From Nitrospirota bacterium (GTDB lineage: Bacteria > Nitrospirota > UBA9217), in assembly GCA_963749655.1 (NCBI GenBank), contig CAVVOB010000014.1:64001-128000 (forward strand): a stretch of DNA of 64,000 nt, written 5' to 3'. Under the pieces are notes generated by a model that was not told the origin of the DNA, did not search any database, and was given only the letters and a program-made list of their open reading frames with translations. Shown here piece by piece: positions 39,806 through 49,851 of the stretch. Positions within the stretch are counted from its first letter, which is position 1; every line of letters starts with the position of its first letter. Made by a program: the position numbers and the translations under genes.

Positions 39806-42069
39806 TGAAAGATCACATAATAAAAATAACGACTCTTGTGATGGTATGGATTTTCATTTCTGTTCAGGCCAAGGGATACGATGAAGAAAATACTCATCCA
39901 AGAATGACGGAAAGCGCGATTCAATCTTCAAAACTAAATAATTATCTAATGCAAAACTTGGGGTTCAGTGAAGGTTATAACACTCCATTTACAAAAGTAC
40001 TTAATTCAAATAGCATTAATAAACGGATTTTGCAATGGCTAAGTGACGGTTCGAAAGAAGAGGACGCTCCTCTCGGTCGCGCATCGAATCACTTTCACAA
40101 CCCGCTTAAGCCATGGGACCAGTCTTATGTAACCGACTCAGCCTTGCAGTCTATTTACAGCACGTTGACGGGCTGGACCCCTCTGTATTCGAATATCACT
40201 TGGGCGACGGGATATAAATCGCAGACTGAGAAGGCAAACATGGATAATGCCTATAATCCATACTTGGATCCGCCAGCCCCGAACAACTGGGATAACGCAC
40301 GTATCTACTACTTCAAGGCATTGACGCGCATTTCTCCCACTGGGGCTACCGGGAGGGAGACAGCTTTTGCTCAGACTTTTCAGGCGCTCGGACAGGTTAT
40401 TCACCTGTTGGAGGACATGGCGGTGCCGGCGCACGTGAGAAATGATTTTAAGTCCCATTTAACGTTTGATCCGCGTGTATACGGCTCACTCTGGCCGTAC
40501 AACCCTTTTGAGTTTTACGTGAAGACGCACGATGACCTTATTACCGGAGTAACATCTACCAGCCCAACTTTTGCCAATCTGCACCTCACCGATTTCTGGG
40601 ATACCGAACAGTATACACCACAAATGAATCCTTCACATTTGACGAATCCAGGTCTGGCAGAATATACCAACGCCAACTTCGTAAGCGACTATACGTTCTC
40701 ATCGACGCAAGGGGCAACTGTAACGCCGGAACACTATTTTGATTTTCCAAGCGTCATTTCAAGCGTCAGCAGAACGACCGCGAATATTAACGATCCAGTT
40801 CATCCCGGCACCCATGTTCCTAGGGAATATTGGGAAAAAACTGCTGATGGAGACACCGGCTATCTGCTTGCCGGTGTCGATTATCTGAGGTTCCGGGTGG
40901 AAGTAGTAAATCCGGTTAACCCCGAAGAAACCCTTTCAAACATTATCACGATCTCTCCTATGGATGACAATGTCCATAAAGGTTATGCCGATCGTCTCCT
41001 CTCCCGCGCCGTGGGCTACTCTGCCGCACTCTTGAACTACTTCTTCCGCGGCACGCTGGAGATATCCGCCCCCAGCACCACTGTCTACTCTGTTATAGAC
41101 GGCAGTGTGGCACCCCAGCAGTTCACCAAAATCAAGGCAAAGGTGAAGAATACTACGCTGAATGAGAACATAGGCACAGGTACCCTTCAGGCCGTGGCCA
41201 GGTATAAGATCATTCCTAACTACGTCTCCGACTTATCAAACTACCCTCCGGACGGGGCTGTCATGACTGCATTGACCTATTCCTATTCCGTATCCACATC
41301 GATTCCGATAACATCACTTAGTTCAGCCGACCCCGAAGAATTCACCTTCGTTTTATCGAGCAGCCCCATCCCCGCAGGCATCACAGACCTCACCCTCCAG
41401 GTCGTGTTCAAAGGCACGCTCGGGAATGAAATTGATAATTCAATCGCAGTTGGCATGAAAGATCTACTGGAGCCGACTCATCTATCTTTTTGGAACCTGA
41501 CAGAAATGTTTTCGCTCGATTATCACCTCTATCTGGCCTCCATGATCACCTCCAGTTCGGTACTTTCAGCCAGGGTGGACTTAAACAACAACCAGATATT
41601 TGGAGAAGAAGGGGAACCATATATTTATCCTTATCCCATAACGTTCAATGTCGCCTTCTCCAACTTCCAGCCCACGGCACTGCTTCCTTCAGCAGCAACG
41701 GCAACTGTCCCGGCAGGCCGTTATATCAGACTGATAGCTCTCGTCGACGGACAGACCACGAACTATGTGCAGCTTGCGTGGGACGACATAGTGGACTCGG
41801 ACTCGTATGCCGAATCGTTTGTCGGCGGTCTGAACCAATCTGACGAGTACGGCAATTGGTTAACGCCGACACCGAGTGACCCCTTCCGATACAGTCTCGC
41901 TGCGGATGGTGTTACCCGGATCCCCATCGTTCAACATCATTATATCGGTGTTCTTAGCTGCGAACCCGCATCCGTAGATGAAGCCGGAAACAGCTATTGT
42001 TCTTATCCTGAGGAAGAGTCCGTTCCTGCGGACGTAACTCCTTATCCTGCAACAATTAATTTTCCATGA
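39805..42069 (+). CDS. Secreted zinc-dependent phospholipase C/S1-P1 nuclease-fold protein
   Basis: Signal peptide, mature YDEENTH, NHFHNP, LGQVIHLLEDMAVPAH, FEFYV; TAATG coupling to the upstream gene. Confidence 0.75.
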   Translation: MKDHIIKITTLVMVWIFISVQAKGYDEENTHPRMTESAIQSSKLNNYLMQNLGFSEGYNTPFTKVLNSNSINKRILQWLSDGSKEEDAPLGRASNHFHNPLKPWDQSYVTDSALQSIYSTLTGWTPLYSNITWATGYKSQTEKANMDNAYNPYLDPPAPNNWDNARIYYFKALTRISPTGATGRETAFAQTFQALGQVIHLLEDMAVPAHVRNDFKSHLTFDPRVYGSLWPYNPFEFYVKTHDDLITGVTSTSPTFANLHLTDFWDTEQYTPQMNPSHLTNPGLAEYTNANFVSDYTFSSTQGATVTPEHYFDFPSVISSVSRTTANINDPVHPGTHVPREYWEKTADGDTGYLLAGVDYLRFRVEVVNPVNPEETLSNIITISPMDDNVHKGYADRLLSRAVGYSAALLNYFFRGTLEISAPSTTVYSVIDGSVAPQQFTKIKAKVKNTTLNENIGTGTLQAVARYKIIPNYVSDLSNYPPDGAVMTALTYSYSVSTSIPITSLSSADPEEFTFVLSSSPIPAGITDLTLQVVFKGTLGNEIDNSIAVGMKDLLEPTHLSFWNLTEMFSLDYHLYLASMITSSSVLSARVDLNNNQIFGEEGEPYIYPYPITFNVAFSNFQPTALLPSAATATVPAGRYIRLIALVDGQTTNYVQLAWDDIVDSDSYAESFVGGLNQSDEYGNWLTPTPSDPFRYSLAADGVTRIPIVQHHYIGVLSCEPASVDEAGNSYCSYPEEESVPADVTPYPATINFP

Positions 42070-42082
42070 CAGCAGCTGACAG

Positions 42083-42120
42083 CGAGAGCCCCATTTTCAC
42101 CTTTGGGGCTCTCGTTTTTT
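42083..42120 (+). terminator. Rho-independent terminator
   Basis: CGAGAGCCCCA/TGGGGCTCTCG followed by a T run. Confidence 0.85.
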
Positions 42121-42291
42121 CGTCAGTATAAGGATCGCATGGGATCGTACATAGGAAATTAGGCATATGCGATTTACATCCTGTATTTAATGACTGTTTC
42201 ACTCAATCGAAATTATAGATTTGTAGGTGTACCTCTCATTTTCGGCCGGAAAGACGCTCTCAATCTCAAACGTTTTAAATACCCTTAACGG

Positions 42292-42480
42292 ACATGAACG
42301 GGCGCCGTCTCTGCGCTGACGATCCCCGTTTTCGTCTAAGCCCAATCCCAAAAACCTCTTCTGCCCCGTGATCTTCTGGATCGTTATGATGTCCTGGCTC
42401 ACTTCCAGCAGCTCCCACTCTTTTCTGCATGGTACCGCACCTCAAAAAAACGAATACGGATTACTCTCAACGAGCATCTG
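42292..42480 (-). pseudogene. Decayed duplicate of the 3' end and downstream hairpin of the DUF438 gene
   Basis: CTCTTCTGCCCCGTGATCTTCTGGATCG..ATGTCCTGGCTCACTTCCAG matches about 45483-45535; encodes SQDIITIQKITGQKR. Confidence 0.8.
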
Positions 42481-42729
42481 ACAACAATTTCTCAGATCAC
42501 GCAGCGTTTATCCTGCCTGAAGCATTCTCAAATATTCTCTGATTCTTGCTTTGCGTTTAATATTTTACAGCTTGATCGCAATGCATGAAAGACTGTCAAA
42601 TAGTGTCGCATTTAAGCGCAACATATCGCACATTTCTGCTTTTTTTATCGGTAAGTTGGTAGGTCCTGTTTCAGACAGGCAGTTTGTTCTCAATTCTTAT
42701 ATTCATAAAACTGAATTTTGTTCAGTCCC

Positions 42730-42785
42730 TACCCTAAAAATACCCCATTTAAAATCTTGCAAACTATCCGGACTTATAGTACAGT
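42730..42785 (+). promoter_or_regulatory. Promoter with TACCC-type motif upstream of lipoprotein 43221
   Basis: TACCCTAAAAATACCC, 11 bp, TTGCAA, 17 bp, TACAGT. Confidence 0.6.
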
Positions 42786-43220
42786 CGCGTCACTTCCACG
42801 ATACACACTTCTTAGATCTCGCCTTAATCAGTACACAATTCTTTACAAAACTTTTTGCATTAATAAAGTTTCCGAGCAGGCCGGGCCAGTTCAACGTATT
42901 TGACCAATGACCGCATATTGGAGCGAAACTGCTTATTTTGCTCCAATGACAGTGCTTCTATAACACAGTGAGAGCTATCGGACGATGAATCGTCAATGAA
43001 TATTTGGCCTGCAGCCATGACTGTGTTGCTGCCGAACACCTCTCAAAATATCTGTGCAGGAGTGTTAAAAGTCTACCAGCGGAGCGAATCGAGAAATCTG
43101 CATACCGCTCGAAAGGGCGCAACTTGTCCCGGGAAGGAGGAAAGAGATATTATTACGGCATTTTCTGAGGCACCTGGTCATGAATGATGACCAGCAATCT
43201 TTTAAAAGGAGACTTTACGA

Positions 43221-45290
43221 ATGATGAAAAAATTGCTTTCATTGGCTGTCTCGGTTTTACTGCTTACCGCGCTGTCTGCATGCAACGGAGGATCTTCGAG
43301 CGGCAATTCCTCGGGTAATAACGCATCTGCAGCACTCGAAGTCGATTTTAATTCCGCTTCAGGCAACACGAACGCGAAGGCCGCGAAGGCTCTGGCAAGT
43401 GCCATTTCCGACATCGCAATGATTACCGTTGATGTCATAGACGGCTCCACCTATCTCGCCAACGGGAAGCAACTTACCAACACAGGAGGCATCTGGAGCA
43501 CGACGATCAGCAATCTTCCCACGGGGGTGCAGCTCACCGTATTAGCTCATGCCTATGACGGCGCGGCCGCGGAAATATTTACCGGGACCACCTACAAGAC
43601 GTTGACAGGTGATGATGACCACATCGAGATCGTCATGGATTCCGTCGCAAACGCGGCGTCGCAGCAGTTCCCGAAGATCACGCTGATCAGCTCGCCCGCT
43701 CAGATCGCTCTGTCGAGCGCTGTTCCCGTCAGTTTCGTGATGCAGGGAAATTCGGGAGAAGTCCTGGCCTATGAGATTACCGCGGCTGCGTCCAACGGAT
43801 CGTTCAGCCCTACAAGCGGGAATGTAACGGTAGGCGTTTCAACTGTCTCGCTGGTGACCGTGTATACGGCACCGACGGCAACAGGGACCTATACGCACCG
43901 GATCAAGGTTACGAACAGCCAGGGCAACATCGTCGAAACAAGCTTCACCACGAACGTCGAGAATCTTTCCAGCTCCGATGTAATCGTGCTATTCAACCCT
44001 GCGATCACGAGCGTGTCTGCCAGCCGTAGCGGTTCGGAAGTAACATTTCTGGCGGGCGTCAGCGACTCCGGACCTTCGAATCAGCTGACATATAATTGGT
44101 CCTTCGACGGCGGACTTTCCTTCACGAACTCCGCCGCTAATCCCGCGGTGCTGCAGGGATATGATGAAAACGTTGCGGGGACCCTGTCCTTGACAGTGGC
44201 GAATGGCTCGGGACGGAGTACCACCGTGTCGTTTGCGATCACCCCGGGACAATTTCCCAACAGCGCTGCAACCAATCTTATGTATATACCCCAAACGATC
44301 AACACCACCGGCAGAGCAGCCTGGGGCGACACCTCTGTGAGCGGAAGCATCATTACCATGGCCATGAACGAAAGCGGTGACCAGCAAGACTACAACAACG
44401 ACGGCGACATGGATGACAATGTGCTCGGCTACTACAACGTCAGCACAGGAGCGACGGTGAACACGGGCATCTCGGCGGAATTTGCCTCCATCGGCGGTGA
44501 CATCATAGCCTTCCTGAATTCGGACACCGGAACCCTCGGCTACTATTCCATCAGCGCAAATACGTGGACTGATACTGAGATACCCCTTTCTCAGTTCAGC
44601 AGCGGGGACAGCAATCATTTCGTCAGCAACGGGAAGATCGTGTATGTCAGCGCGACGAGAGATTTGAACGGCGACACGGTTCCTGACCTGGAGCTGAACA
44701 TCTACGACACAAATACGGACCTGAACTCTCAGACGGGCGTGCCGGCGGCAAACGAATGGGATGTTCATCCGTCATTCAACGGCAATATCGTCTCCTTCCA
44801 GAACATTAACGGGAACATCAGCTATTACAATGTAGGCACCGGCCAGACGACCGATACCGGCATTGCCGGGTGGGAGCCCGCCATTGATAACGGCACCATC
44901 GTTTTCAATTCAACCTCCGGGTTTGTGGCCTATTATGTTATCGGAACGGGGAAATATGTTCTTACTCCCATTTTTTCCGATGGCCCGATGCCCAGCATAA
45001 GCAACGGCATCATAGCGGTTGCAGCCAGTGAATGGGTTTGGGGAAAAGATCTGAATGGAGACGGAGACCTCGACGAGCCGGTTGTCGTGCTCTACGATAT
45101 CCCGACGGGCAGGATGATAAACACCGGACTGGTGAAACACCACTGGGGCGAGATATCGAATGAGATGATCGAGTACCGCGCGCATGAAAGCGATCTACAG
45201 ACCGACCTGAATGGTGACGGTGATCTGGATGATCCGGTGCATGTATACGTCTTCTTGAACGATCTGGCAAAAAGTTATTTCAGCAGATAG
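43221..45290 (+). CDS. Surface lipoprotein: same stalk as 27790..29901, different propeller-like head with DxNGDGD Ca-binding-like motifs
   Basis: Lipobox LSAC; YTAP..GTYTH.I.VTNSQ and FDGGL.F.N.AANPAVLQGYDE shared; head repeats YY......DTG. Confidence 0.85.
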   Translation: MMKKLLSLAVSVLLLTALSACNGGSSSGNSSGNNASAALEVDFNSASGNTNAKAAKALASAISDIAMITVDVIDGSTYLANGKQLTNTGGIWSTTISNLPTGVQLTVLAHAYDGAAAEIFTGTTYKTLTGDDDHIEIVMDSVANAASQQFPKITLISSPAQIALSSAVPVSFVMQGNSGEVLAYEITAAASNGSFSPTSGNVTVGVSTVSLVTVYTAPTATGTYTHRIKVTNSQGNIVETSFTTNVENLSSSDVIVLFNPAITSVSASRSGSEVTFLAGVSDSGPSNQLTYNWSFDGGLSFTNSAANPAVLQGYDENVAGTLSLTVANGSGRSTTVSFAITPGQFPNSAATNLMYIPQTINTTGRAAWGDTSVSGSIITMAMNESGDQQDYNNDGDMDDNVLGYYNVSTGATVNTGISAEFASIGGDIIAFLNSDTGTLGYYSISANTWTDTEIPLSQFSSGDSNHFVSNGKIVYVSATRDLNGDTVPDLELNIYDTNTDLNSQTGVPAANEWDVHPSFNGNIVSFQNINGNISYYNVGTGQTTDTGIAGWEPAIDNGTIVFNSTSGFVAYYVIGTGKYVLTPIFSDGPMPSISNGIIAVAASEWVWGKDLNGDGDLDEPVVVLYDIPTGRMINTGLVKHHWGEISNEMIEYRAHESDLQTDLNGDGDLDDPVHVYVFLNDLAKSYFSR

Positions 45291-45305
45291 ATCAAATTTT
45301 TATTA

Positions 45306-45354
45306 ATGGGCCCTTCACTGCGGATTTCAATCCCGCGTGAAGGGCCATTTTTTT
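45306..45354. terminator. Terminator between convergent genes
   Basis: GGCCCTTCAC..GTGAAGGGCC followed by a T run. Confidence 0.75.
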
Positions 45355-45463
45355 CGCCGCCAAATTCAGCAGATTCATCTGAGAACGTCAATCATATTTG
45401 CTGAAAGCTGCAGCGAACATGAACGGGCACCGTCCCTCAACGAGACGATGCCCGTTTATTCGT

Positions 45464-46885
45464 CTAGTCCCAGTCCAGCAGTCTCTTCTGCCCCGTGATC
45501 TTCTGGATCGCCGTAATGTCCTGGCTCACTTCCAGACAGCCCCGGTACTTGCCCGCCTGGTCGCGGACCGCGAAATATCGGATGTAGATCACTTTCCCTC
45601 GCATCTGGATCCAGAACTCTGCAGTGTCCCGGGTCCCTTCCTTGAACGTCGAGAGAATCTTCTCCACCATGCCCACGCTCTTGGGCGGATGGCAGTTGCG
45701 GACATTCCGGCCGATCACGCCCGGGCTGCGCGGAAACAGGCGGTCCGGCGTTGCTGAATAATAGACCACTTCGTCCTGTTCGTTCACGAAGGAAATGTCC
45801 ACCGGCAGGTGCGTGAGCAAGAGGTTCACCTGCTCGGCCGTGAGTTGTCCCGTGTCGAGATTCAAGCTCCCCACCTTTTCCGCGAGCAGTTCCTGCTGAA
45901 ACGAGCCCGCTGCGGGCTTCCACTGCGTCTCCGGCTTGATCCAGGCATAACCGATCTCTTCCTCGCCTTTTCTCACCTTTGCCCACTCCTCCTCGGAAAG
46001 CGTTTCGAGCGCCATGGGAAAGAGGATATGCTCCTCCTTGTAGATCATGTCGTTGACCATCTTGACCATGGCCTCGAGGGCGACCTTCTCCATCTTCCCG
46101 TCGACTACGCGCTTCCGCACGTCCTTGATGAACCCGCGGATATCGTCATGGAGCGCCCACATGACCTTGGACGGCCCGGTGATGCCCTTGGTTTCGATGA
46201 TCGGGAAAAGCTGATTCTCCTTGCGGAGGAAATGCTTGTCAAGCTGCCCTAGACGGTCGAGGATTCCCAGGAGCTTCTCCTTATCCTTCACAAAGTCCGT
46301 GACAGCCTCCGCTTCCTTCAGGATTCCTTCGCAGGCGCGGTTTTCGAGCATGAACGTATGGACCGGATGGCCTGCAGGAAGTCCGGGCACGGTCTTGTGC
46401 TCCAGCGCCTCCTGGAAAACCTTTACGTGGACTTCGCAGAGGTTCTTGATCTCCGTTTCCGGCATGCCTTCGGCGATGAGCTTCTGCTCCATCTGCGCGA
46501 TCTCCCAGGGAGCCACATCCTTGATCAGGTCCTCGAACTTCTTCTTCTGCGACTCCGCGTCCTTTCCCGCATGGAGTTCCTTGATGATCTCCTTCATCTT
46601 GTCGATCTTCAGGTCCTGCTCGTCGGGTCCGCCCTCGCCGTAGGACACGGTCACCGCTTCGCCCGTCTGTTTCTTGATCTCGGCCGCGACATCGTCGATC
46701 AGCTTCTTCGCGTCCATGCCGCCGATCATGGCGGCCTTGCCCAGGGAGGCGATCCTGCCTACGGTCCTTCGCAGGAAGGGATTGTCGAGCATCTTGAATT
46801 CGGGGTTCAGCCTGATCAGAAAATCCTTGAGAAAGGGGTACCGGGAAATAAGGTCGTTCACTTTGGTCTTCGGGCTCAGGTCCAT
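45464..46885 (-). CDS. DUF438-family protein (DUF1858, DUF438, hemerythrin-like, PAS_10)
   Basis: EIAQMEQKLI, LCEVH, GHPVHTFMLEN, KENQLFP, MWALHDDIR, NCHPPKS. Confidence 0.92.
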   Translation of the reverse strand: MDLSPKTKVNDLISRYPFLKDFLIRLNPEFKMLDNPFLRRTVGRIASLGKAAMIGGMDAKKLIDDVAAEIKKQTGEAVTVSYGEGGPDEQDLKIDKMKEIIKELHAGKDAESQKKKFEDLIKDVAPWEIAQMEQKLIAEGMPETEIKNLCEVHVKVFQEALEHKTVPGLPAGHPVHTFMLENRACEGILKEAEAVTDFVKDKEKLLGILDRLGQLDKHFLRKENQLFPIIETKGITGPSKVMWALHDDIRGFIKDVRKRVVDGKMEKVALEAMVKMVNDMIYKEEHILFPMALETLSEEEWAKVRKGEEEIGYAWIKPETQWKPAAGSFQQELLAEKVGSLNLDTGQLTAEQVNLLLTHLPVDISFVNEQDEVVYYSATPDRLFPRSPGVIGRNVRNCHPPKSVGMVEKILSTFKEGTRDTAEFWIQMRGKVIYIRYFAVRDQAGKYRGCLEVSQDITAIQKITGQKRLLDWD

Positions 46886-46920
46886 GGGCGGCCTCCTTGT
46901 CGGAATCGATATCTTGATCG

Positions 46921-46962
46921 ATTATAGCAGGCCGGCATGGCGAAGCGTATGATGTGGGTCAT
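46921..46962 (-). promoter_or_regulatory. Class II Crp/Fnr-type promoter
   Basis: ATGAC-N4-ATCAT centred at -41.5 relative to a perfect TATAAT. Confidence 0.6.
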
Positions 46963-47000
46963 GATGTCCGAAATTTACAAAGAATGAAATCCCATCGGCC

Positions 47001-47073
47001 GTCATTCCTGCGAAAGCAGGAATCCAGAAGTTTTTGAAAAGTCGCTGGATTCCGGATCAAGTCCGGAATGACG
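47001..47073. repeat. Palindromic repeat GTCATTCC..GGAATCCAG ... CTGGATTCC..GGAATGAC
   Basis: Two facing hairpins. Confidence 0.8.
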
Positions 47074-47130
47074 GAATGAGGCTTTAACAAATAACCACCT
47101 TATCAATAAGGACTTTTGTCTGCTCTCTTT

Positions 47131-47157
47131 CTCTGCGCCTCCGCGTCTCCGCGTGAA
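47131..47157. repeat. Orphan right arm of a CGCAGAG-type element
   Basis: CTCTGCGCCTCCGCGTCTCCGCGTG. Confidence 0.6.
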
Positions 47158-47213
47158 CAAGTCTTTTCCTGCAATCAGGATCCTGCAGCATTGTCTCATC
47201 ACCGGAAAAGAAT

Positions 47214-47254
47214 AAAAAAAAGCCGGACGCGCTTTTCGCAGCACGCCCGGCTTT
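47214..47254 (-). terminator. adk terminator
   Basis: AAAGCCGG..CCGGCTTT stem with an A tract. Confidence 0.7.
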
Positions 47255-47280
47255 CCAGAACTGACTTCTCTTTACGACAT

Positions 47281-47934
47281 TTACTTCTTCGCCGCAATCC
47301 CCTTCTTGATCGCATTCACGACGCCGTCGCTCGAGGCTTCCTTGATGGTGAGCAGCAGGCCCTTCTTGTCGTAGTAGCCGATGAGCGGCGCGGTCTTCTC
47401 GTTGTAGACATCGAGCCGTTTGGAGATGGCCTCCACGGTCTCGTCCGCACGCTGGATCGTCGGGCTGCCGCACTTCTTGCACTTGTCGCCGGGGGCCGGA
47501 GGATTGCTCTTGATGTTGTAGATCTCCTGGCACGACGTGTTGGAGCAGGTCCTGCGCGTGGTAAGGCGGTCGAGGATCACGTCGCGGGGAACGTCGATGT
47601 TCGCCACGAGATCAAGCTTGATGTTGAGCTTCGTGAGCAGCTTGCCCAGCTCGTCGGCCTGCGGTATGGTGCGCGGGAACCCGTCGAGCAGGAATCCGCT
47701 CTGACAGTCCTTTTCCTGAAGCCGCTGCTCCATGATGCCCATGATGAGCGAATCCGGCACCAGGCCGCCGCTGTCCATGTGTCCTTTTGCTTCCTTGCCC
47801 AGCGGCGTGCCGGCCTTGACCGCGCCGCGGAGAATGTCGCCGGTCGAGATCTGCACCGAGCCGTCCAGTGCCGTCAACAGTTTCGCTACCGTGCCCTTGC
47901 CTGCGCCCGGTGCGCCCAAAAGAATGATACGCAT
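47281..47934 (-). CDS. adk: Adenylate kinase (Zn-lid type)
   Basis: LLGAPGAGKGT, ISTGDILR, LDGFPRT, QRADE. Confidence 0.97.
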   Translation of the reverse strand: MRIILLGAPGAGKGTVAKLLTALDGSVQISTGDILRGAVKAGTPLGKEAKGHMDSGGLVPDSLIMGIMEQRLQEKDCQSGFLLDGFPRTIPQADELGKLLTKLNIKLDLVANIDVPRDVILDRLTTRRTCSNTSCQEIYNIKSNPPAPGDKCKKCGSPTIQRADETVEAISKRLDVYNEKTAPLIGYYDKKGLLLTIKEASSDGVVNAIKKGIAAKK

Positions 47935-48100
47935 TACGAAAATCCTCCTTAGAAAAATGTACGTGCCCCGAAGGACAACTGGTCCGGCTGACAAGTCTGC
48001 AAACTGACAGGCCATCAAGCCTTGTTCAAGTCGGCCATTATCGTACGAACGGGATTAAAAATCAAGGAAAATGTCTCCCGCCCCGCGCGGGCGGTCGCTT

Positions 48101-49099
48101 TCAGGCTGGGGGCGCTGGTTTAAGGCCGGGCAGCGGCAGGGTAAAGGTGAAGACACTGCCCTTCCCCTCCGAGCTCTTCGCCCAGATCCTTCCGCCGTGG
48201 TGTTCGACGATCTGGCGCGCGATGGCGAGGCCGAGGCCGGTCCCTTCGACCGTACTGGAGAGCTGGTCCCCGGCGCGGTGGAATTTTTCGAAGATCAGCT
48301 CGATCTCCGCAGGCGGTATGCCCACGCCCGTGTCCGAGATCTCCACGACGATCTGCGGCAGCGGCGCGGACTCCTGCCGCGCTTCGATGCGGACAGCTCC
48401 GCCGGGCCGCGTATATTTCACTGCATTCGACAGGATGTTCATCACGACCTGAATGAGGCGGTCCCGGTCTCCCGAAAGCCGGGGGAGCGGGGAGTTCACG
48501 GCCGTGGTCAGGCGCAAACCCTTGTTGTCGAAGAGCGGGGCCATGCCCGATGCGCAGTCGGCAATGACTTCTTCCACGGACACGTCGGAGACCCGCCACT
48601 GCATGGACCCGGCCTCGATCCGGGCGAGATCGAGAAGGTCGGTGAGCAGACGCGTGAGGCGGTCCGTCTCGGCGTTGATGGCGTTCATGAACCGCGCGCG
48701 CTGCTTTTCAGGCATCCCCGGCTTCATAATGATCAGCTCGGCGCAGGCCTTGACGCTCGTCAGGGGCGTTCGAAACTCGTGGGACACAACGGAGATGAAG
48801 TCCGATTTCATCCGGTCGATCTCCCGCAGCTTCGCGTTCGCCTCCTGCAGCTGCTCGTTGAACGTCCTTAGCTCCGCGGTGCGCCTGACGAAATAGACCA
48901 CGGTCGTCGCCACGATCAACGGAACAACCATGGCGTCGATGGCGCCGATGATCAGCGTTTCCCTCGATACCGCCCCCCACCAGACGCGCCCCTGGATAGT
49001 GCTCAGGACATAGGTGATCAGCTCCGAACTGACGATCGATATCCAGATGAAATGCCAGGGGCTCACGCTCTGCAATTTATCGATGGTTTTCGATATCAT
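48101..49099 (-). CDS. Membrane sensor histidine kinase
   Basis: 2 TM helices, SHEFRTPLT, NAVKYT, GTGLGLAI. Confidence 0.92.
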   Translation of the reverse strand: MISKTIDKLQSVSPWHFIWISIVSSELITYVLSTIQGRVWWGAVSRETLIIGAIDAMVVPLIVATTVVYFVRRTAELRTFNEQLQEANAKLREIDRMKSDFISVVSHEFRTPLTSVKACAELIIMKPGMPEKQRARFMNAINAETDRLTRLLTDLLDLARIEAGSMQWRVSDVSVEEVIADCASGMAPLFDNKGLRLTTAVNSPLPRLSGDRDRLIQVVMNILSNAVKYTRPGGAVRIEARQESAPLPQIVVEISDTGVGIPPAEIELIFEKFHRAGDQLSSTVEGTGLGLAIARQIVEHHGGRIWAKSSEGKGSVFTFTLPLPGLKPAPPA

Positions 49100-49236
49100 G
49101 GAACCAGGGACACCTCTTTGTATCGTCGACCGGCTCAGCTCCTGCCTTGTTCAAGAAACACAGATGCTTAGACATTACTGAACCTTTGCACTAAAGTCAA
49201 GGTCGGTACGGAGACAATTTCATTCTGCAGGCAAAT

Positions 49237-49270
49237 AAAAAGCCCTGTCCCCGAAGATGCGGGACAGGGC
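49237..49270 (-). terminator. Rho-independent terminator
   Basis: GCCCTGTCCC/GGGACAGGGC stem with an A tract. Confidence 0.75.
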
Positions 49271-49290
49271 GAAGGGACAATGAATATTGA

Positions 49291-49851
49291 TTAGAAATGA
49301 TAGGCCAGCCCGGCCTGGAGGGTGAAATAGTTGTCCGTGATCAGGTGCCACCGCGCGTCGGCAACAAAGCCGAGCTGCTGGTTGATCGGAAGCTCGATGC
49401 CGGCGCCGGGGACGATGCCGAAATTGATATCGCTCTCCGAAGCCGTGTTGTGCCGGCCGAAGGGCCGCCCGGGAAGAGCGACTTCCACCTCGTCGAAGCT
49501 CAATTCCACCAGTCCCTGGACATAGACCTTCAGGGGGCTATTGCGGACCGGGAGAAAGAACCTTCCCCCTGCGCCGACGGCATGCGCTTATAGGTAACGT
49601 CAATGCCGAAGGTCCGATGCGCTCCAGGTAAAGTAGGAAAACTCGACCCTTCCCTGAAGGTCCTTGTTCATCTGCGGAAGCGGGACACCTGCCCCGATGT
49701 TGATGCCGAATCCGGAATCGAAGCCCGATGCAGGCGCCGTGGCCAGCACGAGCGACGCGTCGACTTCCGCGCCGGAAGTTTTTGCGAAGGCCGTTGTGGT
49801 CATAACGAACAATGAAAGTACTGCAATTGATAGAAGTGCGATTTTTTTCAT
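49291..49851 (-). CDS. Outer membrane beta-barrel protein, frameshifted near 49560-49615
   Basis: Signal peptide half and C-terminal half ending GLAYHF are in different frames. Confidence 0.75.

Noticed and set aside
42790-43220. Long leader as a riboswitch or small ORFs
   Set aside because: No recognisable aptamer consensus; the short ORFs lack an RBS or motifs
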